This document shows positions 1 through 12,964 of a stretch of DNA of 64,000 nucleotides, piece by piece. How positions within the stretch are numbered: the stretch's first letter is position 1; each line of letters opens with the position of its first letter. The DNA lies in contig NC_068983.1 of NCBI RefSeq assembly GCF_001194135.2, positions 135,047,921-135,111,920 on the forward strand. The letters run 5' to 3'. The stretch is from Octopus bimaculoides. Taxonomy: Eukaryota. The position numbers and the translations under genes are program-made. Below the pieces are notes generated by a model that ran no database searches, was not told the DNA's origin, and worked only from the letters and a program-made list of their open reading frames with translations.

Positions 1-707
1 TGAATGCAGGATGCCTTTAAGCTCTATGAGAATTGATTGCAGTGCACGCATTATACTGTATTATATGGAAGTGCAGCCCCCTGCTTACCAGTTTTCAGTC
101 AAACCATCCAACCCATTCCAGCATGGAAAGCAGACATTGAACGATGATGATGATATGGAGCAGAGCTTCCAGAAGTCAATTTAGTCCCGGTGGGCAAGTT
201 TTCATGAGAACTTTGTATCACCTGAGATCTTGTTCCCTGGTCATTTCCTCAGTGAGGCTCAGGGTCCTGAGAGCTACCTTTATCATTTCATGTCTTTCTG
301 GAACTTCCTCATCCACAAGCTCCAGCCATGTTTAGTGATCGGCACTTTATACAGCTGTCATCATATACACCATACATCTGTATTGGCACAGTCTTCCCTC
401 CTGAATACCACATCCAACTCCTCCTATGTCCAGTCCCTCTCTCAGCACATCTACGCTGTGACACTGAGGCACACCTGCACTGCTCATCCAATGGAGCATG
501 CTCATAGTTGTTGACTCATAATGAGTAAAATTCCCTTTTACTCCAGTTTATTTGGTATCATTTCACTCATGTTACAAATGTCTTATAGTAAATGCATATA
601 TCACGTAACATCAGACTCTGCATATATATATATATGTATGTATAATGTACACACGCACACTCACAGAAGGAGAAAATTTATATTACATTTCTTATGTTGT
701 TCTACAG

Positions 708-796
708 GGAACACAATATCCAGTCTGTGGGTATTTGTCCAATCCACTCATCACAGCGAGGATATCCCCTTATAGATGGTGCACATTTAGCCATCA
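708..796 (+). CDS. GDAP2: GDAP2 internal exon (macro domain C-terminal part): EHNIQSVGICPIHSSQRGYPLIDGAHLAI(R)
   Basis: ttctacag acceptor (706-707) and gtgagt donor (797). Matches the recalled vertebrate GDAP2 segment ...SSVGFCVINSAKRGYPLEDATHIALR. The last A joins GA of the next exon to give Arg. Upstream exons lie outside the window. Confidence 0.9.
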
Positions 797-2222
797 GTGA
801 GTATTCTTGCATTTTCCTTTTACTTCTATTTTCTCATGCCATGACCAGATAACTGTTTTTAAATGTAATTTTTTAATATTGTATATAAGTGTAATAAGTT
901 AATTTTTTTACAGCTGTTTCATACTGCAAACTTCCTAACTACAAATTAAAAAGGAGTATTTTGGTAACTGTACAGGCTGAAACGAGCTATGTTTTGTATC
1001 TTGTAATAGGTCACACACTACAGTAACATAGCTTGATATATAGTATAGTTTGATCTCATGAACCTATGATCAATAGTCAAGCACCTTAAGCCACTAAATT
1101 ATGCTTTGTAATATCAATCTTTGTCCATCAATAAATAATCAGATTGCCCCTTTATTGACATCTGATAATCTCTTAACATGCCATCTCACTATTCATCATT
1201 CACTCTCTTTTACTCTCTCTTACCAACTAATATTACCCTAGTTTATAACTACTCATCCTTTGCTCCCTCTCTCTCTCTCTCCCCCCTCCACACTACTCTC
1301 TGCAATTATTCTCTCTCATTACATCATTGTTTACTATGTCCCTGCCTTCACTGTTTCTCTTTCATTACTGTCCTTCTTCATCAAATCTAGAACAGTCACT
1401 CCTATTCCTTCTTCCTTCCATACTGTCATCCCAATCACTCTGTCTTCTCACCATACTCTCACTTCTTTCTCCTTGCAATCATCCTCTGCTCTATTTACTT
1501 TATTGGTGGCTGCGATACCTCAAATGGAATCAACATACAGAGGCAATGTAGGGTCAAGCAGACCTTTTAATCTTGTCAAGAACGTAACAACTTTTTTTAA
1601 TCTTGGTTCCATGGTAAAATACACCCAATACATTCTGTAAAATGATTGGTCTTAGGAAGGGCCTTTCTTGTCGTCATATATGTATGTTTTCAACCACATC
1701 TCTGTCAACTGCATTGTCTGATTTCTTTGTTCGGCTTACTTGATGTAGGTCATATCTCTTCTATACTTCCACCTCAAATCAAAGCATTTTCATGTCTGTT
1801 TCTTTTCAGTGACAATAAGGACAAATGTGCCATCTTCATTCTGTAGACACTTCTCCCCAATGTTTCAATTCTTTCTTGTACATTGTATTGCAATCCAGAA
1901 CATCACACTCTCTGATCTTCTTATTTCTCCCTTTCCTTCTCACCTACTTATTTGATATTGTTTCTTACTGCTCTCTTTGTAACCTGCATCCTGCTTTTCC
2001 TGGTTCTTGCTTCACTACTACCCTGCTATCATGTCACTCTGGCTAGAACCTTGCATAAACCACGGAACTGGTCTGCAGCCCTCAGTAAGTTGCCTCATAC
2101 ATACATAGATGTGTGTTTGTATTATATACCAATACAATGGAATGTAACTTTCTATACTTATTTCCAACTCAACTGCTCACCTTCCTTCATTTCATTTTTC
2201 TTTATCTTTTATCTTTCTCCAG

Positions 2223-2302
2223 GAACAGTCCGTAGATTCTTAGAAAAATTCGGCAGTAACTTTGAAACAATTATATTTGTTTCAGCAGATGAGGAAGTGA
2301 TG
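2223..2302 (+). CDS. GDAP2: GDAP2 exon: (R)TVRRFLEKFGSNFETIIFVSADEEVM
   Basis: ag acceptor 2221-2222, gtaagg donor 2303. The RTVRRFLE motif of GDAP2 is present and phases fit both neighbours. Confidence 0.93.
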
Positions 2303-3621
2303 GTAAGGCCTTTATTGTTTTTATTTTTGTGTTATTATTGAGAGTGTAGTGTTTGGCCTGTCACAAGGGCAAAAATGGTAAAATTAAATGTATTCTGACA
2401 GTAAACATTCAGCTAAGCTATTAATTGCTCATTGTTTTATCCACTAAAGTGTCAATCTATTGACAGTGTGTAATAAATAGATCTACATAAGTAAAGGAAG
2501 CTTCTGTGTAGTTTGAACCTGCTAGAAATAGCTACCAAGTCTCTCTTAGGTTACCCTCTACTATCTTGCAAAGGAAAATACATTGAATAATATAGTCCTC
2601 TATTCATTACACCTCAAAACAAGACTGGAGAGGCACAGCTGGAGCACTTTTCACTATAAGTTTGCACCTCTAGAGCATCCATACTGAATAGTTATTCAAG
2701 AAGATCCACTGAAATGAAATCTTAAATCGAGGAATAAACAGGAGTAACAGGCAAGAAATGTGATTCTCAATTTAGCTCAAATTATTTGAACTCTTGAATT
2801 CTCTAAGACTTCCGTTTAAAATACTAAAAGCACATCTAGTCTTATCTTTAACATTAATACACCCCAAGTGAGAGACTGCTTGAGTCCCTTTTAGAGGGGG
2901 ACCATACTAATAATGCTAAGAGCATGCATTATAGCTTCTACATCATCATCTTCATCATCATCGTTTAACGTCCACTTTCCATGCTGGCATGAGTTAGACG
3001 GTTTGACTGAGGACTGTAGGCAGCACCAGGCTCCAATCTGATCCAATACATTTATGGCAAACATTTTCTTTTGATCTTACTTGGGCTCAGCTTCTCTATT
3101 CATCAGGATTAATGAAACAAATATCAATCTTAGTCAATCCAATTGATTGTAAGCAATTTTTACCTTCACACCACACTACATTCAGTGGCTTTCATTCAGT
3201 GTAAGAACTTTGACTATTGTTACTTCATATTTTATTTATAAGACTGAAAATGTTATAGTTTACAATCTCATCTATGCATATTTCAATAAGCTATAGATGC
3301 TTATCAATTTTAAGTTTTTTATAGCCCACATAGATATAGCAATATTTCCTATTTTGACAATCTTGGCATCAGATTCAGTATATTTAGTCATTTGCCATTG
3401 TTGCAAAATTGTTTTTGTTTTTTTTTAACGTACTCATCAGAAATTTCTTTAATTGTAAATAGGATTTTACAATTAACTATTTGCGATTAAATATATTCAC
3501 AGCTGTGCTTCTGTTGTAATGTAGTCCTTCATTATAAACCATAACTTTGGTGATGAGATGCCTCTCTATTTAAAAATACCTTAGAAATATAACTTTTGGT
3601 TCACTCTGACGCATTCCAGTA

Positions 3622-3679
<58 letters not shown>
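3622..3679. repeat. (ATT)n microsatellite
   Basis: Seen directly; another at about 49559-49598. Confidence 0.95.
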
Positions 3680-3680
<1 letters not shown>

Positions 3681-3890
3681 GGTGGTCAGCTGGCAGGTTC
3701 ATTACCATGCCAGACAAAATGCTTGGCAACATTTCTTCCAGTTTTAAGTTTTCAGTTCAAATTCTGCTATGGTCAATTTTGCCTTTTATCCCTTCAGGGT
3801 GAATGAAATAAGTACCAGTTGAGCATTGGTTTTAATGTAATTGACTACCATTTCCCCACAAATTTCAGGTTTTGTGTTTATAGTGAAAAG
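3680..3890 (+). mobile_element. tRNA-derived SINE (Meta-domain-like family) directly after (ATT)n
   Basis: ggtggtcagctggcagg...ttcaaattctgc...ggtcaatttt gccttttatcc...aataagtaccag; same family as 45504-45718. Confidence 0.75.
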
Positions 3891-4573
3891 AATTATAATT
3901 TTCTTTTGTTATTGTTGATTTCTACCATTTTGTATCATTAAGTGTTGTACAAAGAATCTGTACAATACATGGGTGGTTTCTTATTGCCTGCTCAAAGAAG
4001 GACTTGAACTCAGCATATCAAATTAATTACAGGATCATTACTCATACAATTGATCTCCCTGTTTGCAGCAGGAAGCTGTACCAATTCATGGTAGCCATTG
4101 AAGTGAACTGGGTCATAGAATCTGAATTATTCATTGCTTAGAGGTGAAGAGATATAAATATATCAACTTACTCTCAACTCAACCAACAGTTTGACCTGCT
4201 TGAGATTACAGCCAAATCTCACTCAAATCACACCTTGCTGCTTTAAATAGGGAAATAACACATTGAATAATGTAGACCTTAAAAAGATGAGATGGCTATG
4301 GCTGGAATACTTGTGATTATTACTCTGCTTGATCAGGGTTGATCTGGAGCTAGCCACTACCAGTAACAGCAACAACAGCAAAAGTAATCTTTTCCCAGAA
4401 TCTAAATGGATAAAAATTAAGATATTAATTGTATTTTAGAGCAATTAATTATTATTATCCATATTCATCTGGATTAACTGAAGTTAGTAGAGTTATATTT
4501 GTCTTTCTTAGAAACATAATGCCTGTAATAAGGTTTGAAATTGTAACCTTTTTGTTTTCTTTTATTTCTCTAG

Positions 4574-4736
4574 GAAGTTTACCAGCAACTCATGCCATTG
4601 TATTTCCCACGAAACTGGAAAGAAGAAATGGAAGCCAAGAATTATTTACCTGAAAATATTGGAAATGAGGAAGGAGAACCTGTAATACCTGAGCGGAAAA
4701 TTCGAATTATAGACAAGCCAGCATTTGCTGCTTTAA
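4574..4736 (+). CDS. GDAP2: GDAP2 exon: EVYQQLMPLYFPRNWKEEMEAKNYLPENIGNEEGEPVIPERKIRIIDKPAFAAL
   Basis: tag acceptor, gtaagt donor at 4737. Matches recalled GDAP2 LPLYFPRS...LPADIGNAEGEPVVPERQIRI. Confidence 0.95.
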
Positions 4737-6849
4737 GTAAGTACTTTCTTTGTCTATGTTGCTTCTCTCATTGAGCTCTTGTGGAAATGTATCTAGTTGT
4801 CTAGTAAATAGAAGTGTAATCTCTTTTGTGGGTTTTTTTAATATATATTCCCAGTTTCAGTCATTGAACCATGCCCATGCTGGGGCATCACTTTCAAGGG
4901 TATTGATTTTATTGATTCTATACTTCATCAGTAATTATTTTATCGATTATAACAGGATGGAAGCTAAGTCAATCTGGGCAGGATTTGAATTCAGAATATA
5001 AAAGCACATTACCAACTCCCATGAGGTATCTCTGGATTCTGACATCTACCACACGTTTTTTTTTTTTTTGTTTATTGTTGTTTTTTCCATGTTAGCATGG
5101 TTGGAATGGGTTTTACTATAGCAAACATTTGGCATGTGGATGCTTTTTTTCTAAACACACAATCATGAAGTAGGAACAGAATTATTAATACTGAAGTGTG
5201 ACAAGCTGGCGAAATTGTTAAAACTTTGGAATAATATACCTTGTTATATTTACTCTAGCTCTTTGTGTTCTAAAATCAAATCCCACTATAGTCAACTTTG
5301 CTTTTCAATTTTTTGAAGTGAGTAAAATAAAGTACCAGTCAAGTACCGAGGTCAGTGTAATCGATTCGCCCCATCCGTTGTACCGAAATTAGAAATTATC
5401 AGTAAAGTCAGAGTTGTGTACCTTGCTTTAGAGTGCTAAACGATAAACGTAATAAGCCAAATGGCCTTATGTCTCTTTATGATTATGATTTCAGTTCAAA
5501 TCCAGCTATGGCTAACTTTGTCTTTCATTTCTCTAGGACCAATAAAATAAGTATAGGTAACAGTAAGAGACAATTCAATTGACAATGCTTGCCCTTAGTT
5601 TATGGTCTTTGCTGATGTAAGAAATTAATTTAACAGGCCGTAGTAATGAGCTATTTGATTTAAAGATGGGGAACACTTTTGTCTAACAGTTTTCTCTTGA
5701 AATTTCTTTGTTTCCTAACTGGTCTGAGGTTCACCAGTTTTATAGTAAGAGCTCCATCAATGAAAGCTCATAACACCAAAGACCCCTGCACAAGCAAAGC
5801 ATACTACCTTGGTCGATGTCTCTCTCACTGTAACTTTTGCAAGACACAGTCTAAAACATCTCCCACCTCTCAAATTGTATCAGTACAGTCTTATACCATA
5901 CTTTCTTTACACATCAACAACCAATGAAAGCCTCCAGATGTTAGGTCTTGCAATATCTGACGATCTCTCATGGTAATTTACATTTATAATATTGCCAATC
6001 TACCTCCTAAAGGTTAGACTTCATTTTCAGGTAAAAAAAAAAAAAAGAAAAAGTTCTTCAATTCTGATCTTGTGGTGATCCTGCACAAAGCTAAAATAAA
6101 AACTGCATTGAAGTACTGCTCACATATATTGCTATACACTCAAACAGTGTAGATTGATAACTGAGTGACAGTTAGATGACTGACTGCAAAAAAAAAAAAA
6201 AAAAAAATATCAACCCCCAAAGGACTATTGCTACCAGCTTCTGCTGTGTCTCATTTCCAGATTGCATGCCAAACACCCAATTATTCCTTCATATAGTAGC
6301 AGCCTCTGGAATTACCTAACCAATCCTTATTTTATGTGCAAGCCATAGCCTACAGGTATTCAGACTAGACATCCTCAGCAGTCTTGCCAGTCTCAAGGGA
6401 GCCTACAAAAGTCATGGGTACTTAGGAAAAATAAGATGATGATGAAAGAAATTGTAATATTCAATCTTGGAAACCTTTAACTCACAGAAGAAATGACAAA
6501 AGACTGAAATAGTGGGCAATATTATTTGGACCTATTTTATGTTTGCTAAAATGAAAGATGGGATGATGATGGTGATGACCATGTGGAGGGGAGGATAGTC
6601 CTCATTCTAAAATTGAATGTGTTACATTAGCATTTTCTAATAGCTGTAATCTCAGTTTTAAAACTACAATGAATCTGAGTGAAAACGAAAATATATTCTC
6701 AAAGAAATATTCTACTAATATCTTGATTAAAGTTTGATTTTGAGTTGTATGAATTTTTTCTGTATGGTTAATAATTTCAGTTTTGATGAACATAATCATC
6801 CTAAGTCAGTATTTTTCAATAGAGATAGTGTGTTATCCTGGACGACCAG

Positions 6850-7120
6850 AGACAGTGCCTAGCACTATCACAAGCTGGCCATGATCATGTGACTGTCTAG
6901 ATTATTATACATCACTTTGCATCATTTTAGCCTTCAAATGATACCACCCCACTGGCTAGCTGAGCAACCCAACATTCTCTCTTGGTCAAAGTGGGGAGTG
7001 GAGCAACATGATATGAAGTGTTTTGCTCAAGAACACAATATGCTGCCCAGTCTCGGAATCGAACCCTTGATCAAGCAATTGTGAATGCAACATCCTAACC
7101 ACTAGCCACATGCCTTCACA
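6850..7120 (-). mobile_element. Old tRNA-derived SINE
   Basis: Minus head gtgaaggcatgtggctagtggttagg...gggttcgattcc followed by gtgttcttgagcaaaacacttc core. Confidence 0.65.
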
Positions 7121-7592
7121 TAATGTATAACACTGACTATTAATAGGTTTGTACAAACCTATTAATAATCATCTCTGATCAAGTCATCCCTGATCAAGCA
7201 AACCTATGATCAAAGGTATTCCAACCACGACCATTCCAACTTATTTTTAGAGACAGTTACTTGCTTTATTTAATGTTTCCTTTTTTTTTTTCTTGAAGAT
7301 ATAATTTTAGAAATACTTGGTTATTTTTTTTAGCAAGTCAAGCAACCACCTATTGGGTTCCATTTTTGGCTTGACTTCTACAGATTCTTTAAAGAAGTAC
7401 CACAAATTGATAATATAAGTTGTTGCAGGTAACATTGTAAAACATCATCACTGTCTTTTCTAGTTGATTTAACTCCATAATGTGACTTTCCTTTCTATGA
7501 TAAGAAAGTTAAGCAATGAAAATGAATTTCCAATTTTTTGATTTTTATTACTTTAACTACTTTGAGACTCAAAACCATTTCTCCATTTCCAG

Positions 7593-7773
7593 AAACACAA
7601 GGTAAAGAGTTTGATGAAACTATAGATCTTAATCAAGAATTTCGATCACCTGATGGCCCTGAAGTTGGACGACATCCTTTTGCACAAATGAAGGAGGATA
7701 AAGATAAAGAACGACTGACCTCACTGCAGTGCAAACCTTCTGTAGAACAAAGAGAAAAGGAGAAAGTCAGACA
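7593..7773 (+). CDS. GDAP2: GDAP2 exon: (K)TQGKEFDETIDLNQEFRSPDGPEVGRHPFAQMKEDKDKERLTSLQCKPSVEQREKEKVR(Q)
   Basis: ttccag acceptor, phase 1 in. Probable gtgcgt donor at 7774 (phase 2). GxHxFAxM..D.DK motif as in GDAP2. Confidence 0.85.
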
Positions 7774-8827
7774 GTGCGTTTGAACTATTTTTTCTTTTGT
7801 CGTTTGCCTTTTGACATTTTGTTTTTCTTCTAGAAATTGTCTTTTTATCTTTTATTTGTTTCAATCATTGGACTGTGATCATGCTGGGACACTCCCTTGA
7901 AGGGTTTTAGTCAAACAAATCAACCCCAGTGCTTTCTTTCCACCCATGTTTACTCACTGCATTCCTCTCTCCTCCATCTCCCACTCTACCCTTGAGCACT
8001 CTTGCAAAGTTACCTGCCCACTAACTTTTAACACATCATCTGTACCATTTCACCTGTATACTGCCTCCTGTAACTTGAGGGTATGCTCTGACACATCTTC
8101 ACCATCTCTCTCTCTCTCTCTCTCTCCCTTTTCTAACTGGAGTAGCCATACATCTCCTCTACTGCAAGACATCAATTTCTATCTCTCTATCATACTCTAA
8201 TCTCTCATCTGGCACAAAGCCACTTCACTCATTACTACTACTCTCTCCACTCAGTTGGGGAGGTCTTGTCTTGCAAGGGATCTGGTGACCTCAGTTGTGC
8301 TGGTACCACATAAAAAGCACCTAATACACTCTGTAAAGTGGTTGGCATTAGGAAGGGCATCCAGCTGTAGAAACTATGCCAAAGTAGACAGTAAAGCTTT
8401 GCACAGTCCTGTAGTTTGCCAGTTCCTGTCAAAGCGTTCAACCCATGTCAGCTTAGAAAGCAAGCAGTAAGCAATAATGATGATATATATGACAAGATTC
8501 CACACAGTTTCTGTTTACCAAATTCACTCACAGGGCCTGGAGCTTTAGTAGAAGACACTTGTTGAAGGTGCTGTGTATTACAACTGAACTTGCCAAGCAA
8601 GCTAAGTCCTCTCAGAAAGATAAAAATGGGTCCTGTTATGAACTTAAAAGAAAATTCATTTTGACTGTGCTCAAGCCAACACTAGTGGCGATGGGGGTGG
8701 AGAGAAAAATTTTCAGTAGTCAGTCTCACTGCTGACAAATTCTACATCTACATCATAGTTGAATAAGTGAGTGTAGAAAAAGTATTTAGCTGCAACAGTA
8801 TGCAGTTATACGAATTTTCAGAAAGTT

Positions 8828-9216
8828 GATGCAGGCATGGCTGTATGGCTAAGAAATTTGCTTTTCAACATGGTTTCAGGTTTGGTCCCAGCATGTGGCA
8901 CCTTGCACAAGTGTCTTCTACTATAGCCCCAGGCCAACTAGAGCATTGTTAGTGGATTTGGTTGACGAAAGCTGATAGAAGTCTGTTGTATGTATGTAGA
9001 TATACACATTGCATGATAGTTGTAAATAAGTGTTACTGTCATACAAGCAGTAGCATTCATTTCCAATGTTCTGTGAAAACATGTCTGGTCATGTGGAAAT
9101 ATTACCTTGCATGCAAACAGATGAGGCTTGGTGACAGGACAGGCATCTGGTTATAGAAAAATCTGCATCAATAAACTCCATCTAACCCATACAAGTATGG
9201 AAAAGTGAATGATGAT
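8828..9216 (+). mobile_element. tRNA-derived SINE with CORE-like body and RTE-like 3' tail
   Basis: Head gcaggcatggctgtatgg, ggcaccttgcacaagtgtcttctactatagcc body, and tail ggcatctgg.tatagaaaaatctgc...atggaaaagtg..tgatgat. Confidence 0.75.
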
Positions 9217-9347
9217 ATCCAACTGATCAGTGTTACAGTAATTTTATCAGTGTCAGGAAGTTGAAAGACAAAAAACAACCTTTACATGTATATTTAGATG
9301 AAACTTTTCTTACAAGTTATAAAATTGTTTGCAAAACATTTAAAAGA

Positions 9348-10258
9348 AAATTTTAGGTTTGCACTGAATCTTAACTTTTTGTTTTGGAATTAGACTAAGA
9401 TGACTAATTTTATCTATCAGATAAAATGTATTTTTTTACTAATTTCAGTTGAAATTTGATAGAATTACCTCCCTTGTTTTATATCCCTTGTTCTTGTTTA
9501 GTTTTCATATCAAAAGGATGGTAAGGTGTGTTTTAAGATGAAATTTAGCTGTTAGAAATAACAGCTCAAGCAACTCTACACAGGCTTTCTAAAACAAGTT
9601 GAGATGCTCATGCTTTATATTATTAGGAAATATAAAAGGGCAATATGTTGTGATTGTGAAAAAGAAATAGAAACTTCTAAGAAGGATTTTCCCCATGTAA
9701 ACATTAATATCTATTTTTTCTCCCAACACCCTATATTTTATAAGATATTGGTATTGGGACAGCGGTNNNNNNNNNNNNNNNNNNNNNNNNNNNNNNNNNN
9801 NNNNNNNNNNNNNNNNNNNNNNNNNNNNNNNNNNNNNNNAAATTTTAGGTTTGCACTGAATCTTAACTTTTTGTTTTGGAATTAGACTAAGGTGACTAAT
9901 TTTATCTATCAGATAAAATGTATTTTTTTACTAATTTCAGTTGAAATTTGATAGAATTACCTCCCTTGTTTTATATCCCTTGTTCTTGTTTAGTTTTCAT
10001 ATCAAAAGGATGGTAAGGTGTGTTTTAAGATGAAATTTAGCTGTTAGAAATAACAGCTCAAGCAACTCTACACAGGCTTTCTAAAACAAGTTGAGATGCT
10101 CATGCTTTATATTATTAGGAAATATAAAAGGGCAATATGTTGTGATTGTGAAAAAGAAATAGAAACTTCTAAGAAGGATTTTCCCCATGTAAACATTAAT
10201 ATCTATTTTTTCTCCCAACACCCTATATTTTATAAGATATTGGTATTGGGACAGCGGT
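9348..10258. other. 419-bp duplication flanking a 73-N gap (9348-9766 vs 9840-10258); probable assembly overlap
   Basis: The copies are identical except for one substitution that I found (gactaagat vs gactaaggt). Confidence 0.85.
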
Positions 10259-10638
10259 ACTGTTAGACATGGTCTGGGTCAATAATGGCCAAAACCTACC
10301 TAAGTTAATATAAATAAGTCAATCAACTCATTCTGTAAGCTTAATGATCCCGTTCATTGAATGGCACTTTACAAATGCTCCTTTTGCATGTTTGAAGGGA
10401 ACAAAAACATTATTTCAATGAAACAGAAGCTAAATTTGCACAGTAATTCATTCTTGATATTTTCTTATATTATTCCATCCAGTATATACCCACTTTTAGA
10501 TATTTCTGTAGATTTGTTTGTTTGGTCTTGTTAAATGTTTATGAAGGATTTCTATAATGAAATTATATTGAACCATAGTGCATTGTAATTCATATTTCTG
10601 TCTCATTCATTCTAATTCTGAAGATTNNNNNNNNNNAG

Positions 10639-10715
10639 GTGTTGATCGGTTTGGAAGACCTGTACTAGTCTTCATTGGCAAGAATCTTCCTGTAAATCAT
10701 ATTGATTTAGAAAAA
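10639..10715 (+). CDS. GDAP2: GDAP2 exon, start of CRAL-TRIO/BCH-like domain: (G)VDRFGRPVLVFIGKNLPVNHIDLEK
   Basis: Begins just after a 10-N gap (ag at 10637-10638), gtaaac donor at 10716. GVD..GR.V motif of Sec14/BCH-type domains. Confidence 0.85.
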
Positions 10716-12095
10716 GTAAACCTTTTTATTATATCATTTATAACAATTATCTTGATATTGACAAAGGTTGATTTATTTTGTAATGTTCTAACTTCTTTGT
10801 TGCAGTTTTATTTAGGTATAAGGGAAAAAAAGTTGCCTCTCAGATTTATATATCAGTTCTTTCAGACAGGCAGTTTTTTAGGGGAGTAAAGTTTTCATTT
10901 TTGGTGGTTGGGTAGGAAGAGCTGGAGCTATTCTAGGTTTATTTCCCTATTTCCTTTGTTAACATATATTTTTTTACCTATCTGTACTCATCATTATCAT
11001 CATGGTTTAACATCCACTTTGGACAGTTTGACTGTAAACTAGTAAGCCAGGAAGCTGCACCAGGTCCTGATCTGATTTGGTGCAGCTTCCTGGCTTACCA
11101 GTTTTCAGTTAAACCCACCTACCCATGCCAGCATGAAAAGCAGACATTAAACGATGATGATGATGAATACAGATGGGTAAAAAATGGGGTGGGGTTGTAT
11201 TATAGCTATTAATTAGACAGCCCTCTAGAATACCTGCCTTGGTTAAAATAATTTTCAGTTCTAAATTGATGTATTAACACAACCTTGACCTTATAATAAT
11301 GTATTGATTCCATAAAATGCTCATAAAACATGCAGCAACAATAATTGAAACACATTTTGAGCAGCTATCAACAATTTTGCTTCTTTGGGTTCATTCAATT
11401 TAGGGTAATGTTCAAAATTGCTTGATTAAATTTTCAGGTCACCCTGTCTTTGACTTAGAACTGAAAATATGAGGTTCTCATTTTAAAGATGGTAAAATAT
11501 TTGTTGACTGGTTGAGCAGCTATTCTGTAGTCCACTCATTAATGGGGATGTTATTGTGTTTGTTTATTCTCTGTCCATTTGCCAGTAACTGATTAGGGTT
11601 TGGGGTTTATTCAAAGATTCAGCTTTCAAGCAATTATTAGGCTAAATTCATGGTAGTCAATCTTTTATTTCTCCCCATTATCTTATGTTTTTAATTTAAA
11701 AAAAAAAAAACATTTCCCCCCATATGTTTAAAACTGAATAGTAATATACAAAAAATGTTCTTTACTGCCCCCTTAAAATTTTAAATCATTTCCTAGTTGG
11801 GGGTTGTTGATAAACCCAAAGACTCCTGTGCTACAAGTCAAGTGATTAATATATTTTATGGAAATAATAGCTATTTCTTGAAATATTAAATTTCATAAAT
11901 TTCTAGTAGAAGTGGTTTTATACAGAAAACACAAATCTCATTAAAGTTTTTCAACTTTTAATTCCAATTTAAAATTTAATTCCTTTGAATTCGATAATTT
12001 TTTGTTTTTTTAAATGTAATGAACAGTATGAAAATTTGAGGTTTTAAGGTTACTGCTTTGATTTTGTTTATATTTTTGTTCCTTTTGTACATCAG

Positions 12096-12235
12096 GTTTT
12101 ACAATATATTGTTCAAGTCATGGATTCCATTGCTGATACCAAATATTCTGTGATCTACCTGCATACTCTCACAACAACTGACAATTTAGCTCCCACTTCC
12201 TTCCTGAAATATGCCTACAATGTTCTACACGATAA
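12096..12235 (+). CDS. GDAP2: GDAP2 exon: VLQYIVQVMDSIADTKYSVIYLHTLTTTDNLAPTSFLKYAYNVLHD(K)
   Basis: cag acceptor, gtgagt donor at 12236. Open in the frame set by the previous exon; resembles GDAP2 ALLYFIHVMDHI..EYVLVYFHTLT. Not in the ORF track. Confidence 0.92.
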
Positions 12236-12909
12236 GTGAGTTCCTTATTCTCTTTCTATAAACTGATTGTTTCATAAGTTCCAACTCCCCTTAGCTCCAG
12301 ACTACATCTCTGATCCCACCATCATACATACATACAGCTAATATATACTTCTTAATGTTATATAAAGTCTGCTACAAATTTAAACAGCAAATTATGTAAC
12401 ACTATAAACAAGCTTTAATATTTCACAATTGTAAAGTTAATAAAGTATATTTTAAATTTGTTCTACAGTGCAGGGTAATGGTCAGCAATGTTTTATGATT
12501 TTTTTTTTTTTTTTTGTGACTTTGGCCTCAGCTCAGTGTCAGTTTTTTGCCCACATGTTTACTCATTGTTAATATCTAAGTACAGCTTTGAGCATCTAGT
12601 TTATTTTAAAGAGAAAATGTCAGACATCTTTATACAGGCTATCAAAGTGTGCACATTTCATTTGAAGATCAATGTCTCGTTTGCTTTTATTCAATGTTCA
12701 CACTATCTTACAATATTGCATTTATACCAAACTTATTTACATTAAAATAAACTGGTCAAGTAGCAGTTTTGTTGGCTCTGCAAAGAACACATTACCCAAC
12801 TGGTAAATGACCTATCAACTTGTCAGTTGCTTTACAAAAATATTAATTTTGACTACTTTCAGAAAACTGTAATTTGAAGATATATATTTTGTCTTTTTTG
12901 TTGTTGTAG

Positions 12910-12964
12910 ATATAAGAAAAACTTAGTCACCTTTTATATAGTCCACTCCAACATATGGTTTAAG
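12910..12964 (+). CDS. GDAP2: GDAP2 exon: (K)YKKNLVTFYIVHSNIWFK
   Basis: tag acceptor, gtaagt donor at 12965. YKKNL..(F/Y).VH motif; phase 2 in, phase 0 out. Confidence 0.92.

Noticed and set aside
1180-2060. Several overlapping ORFs in GDAP2 intron
   Set aside because: Pyrimidine-rich low-complexity translations, possibly an unrecognisably old LINE; they do not fit the GDAP2 exon chain.
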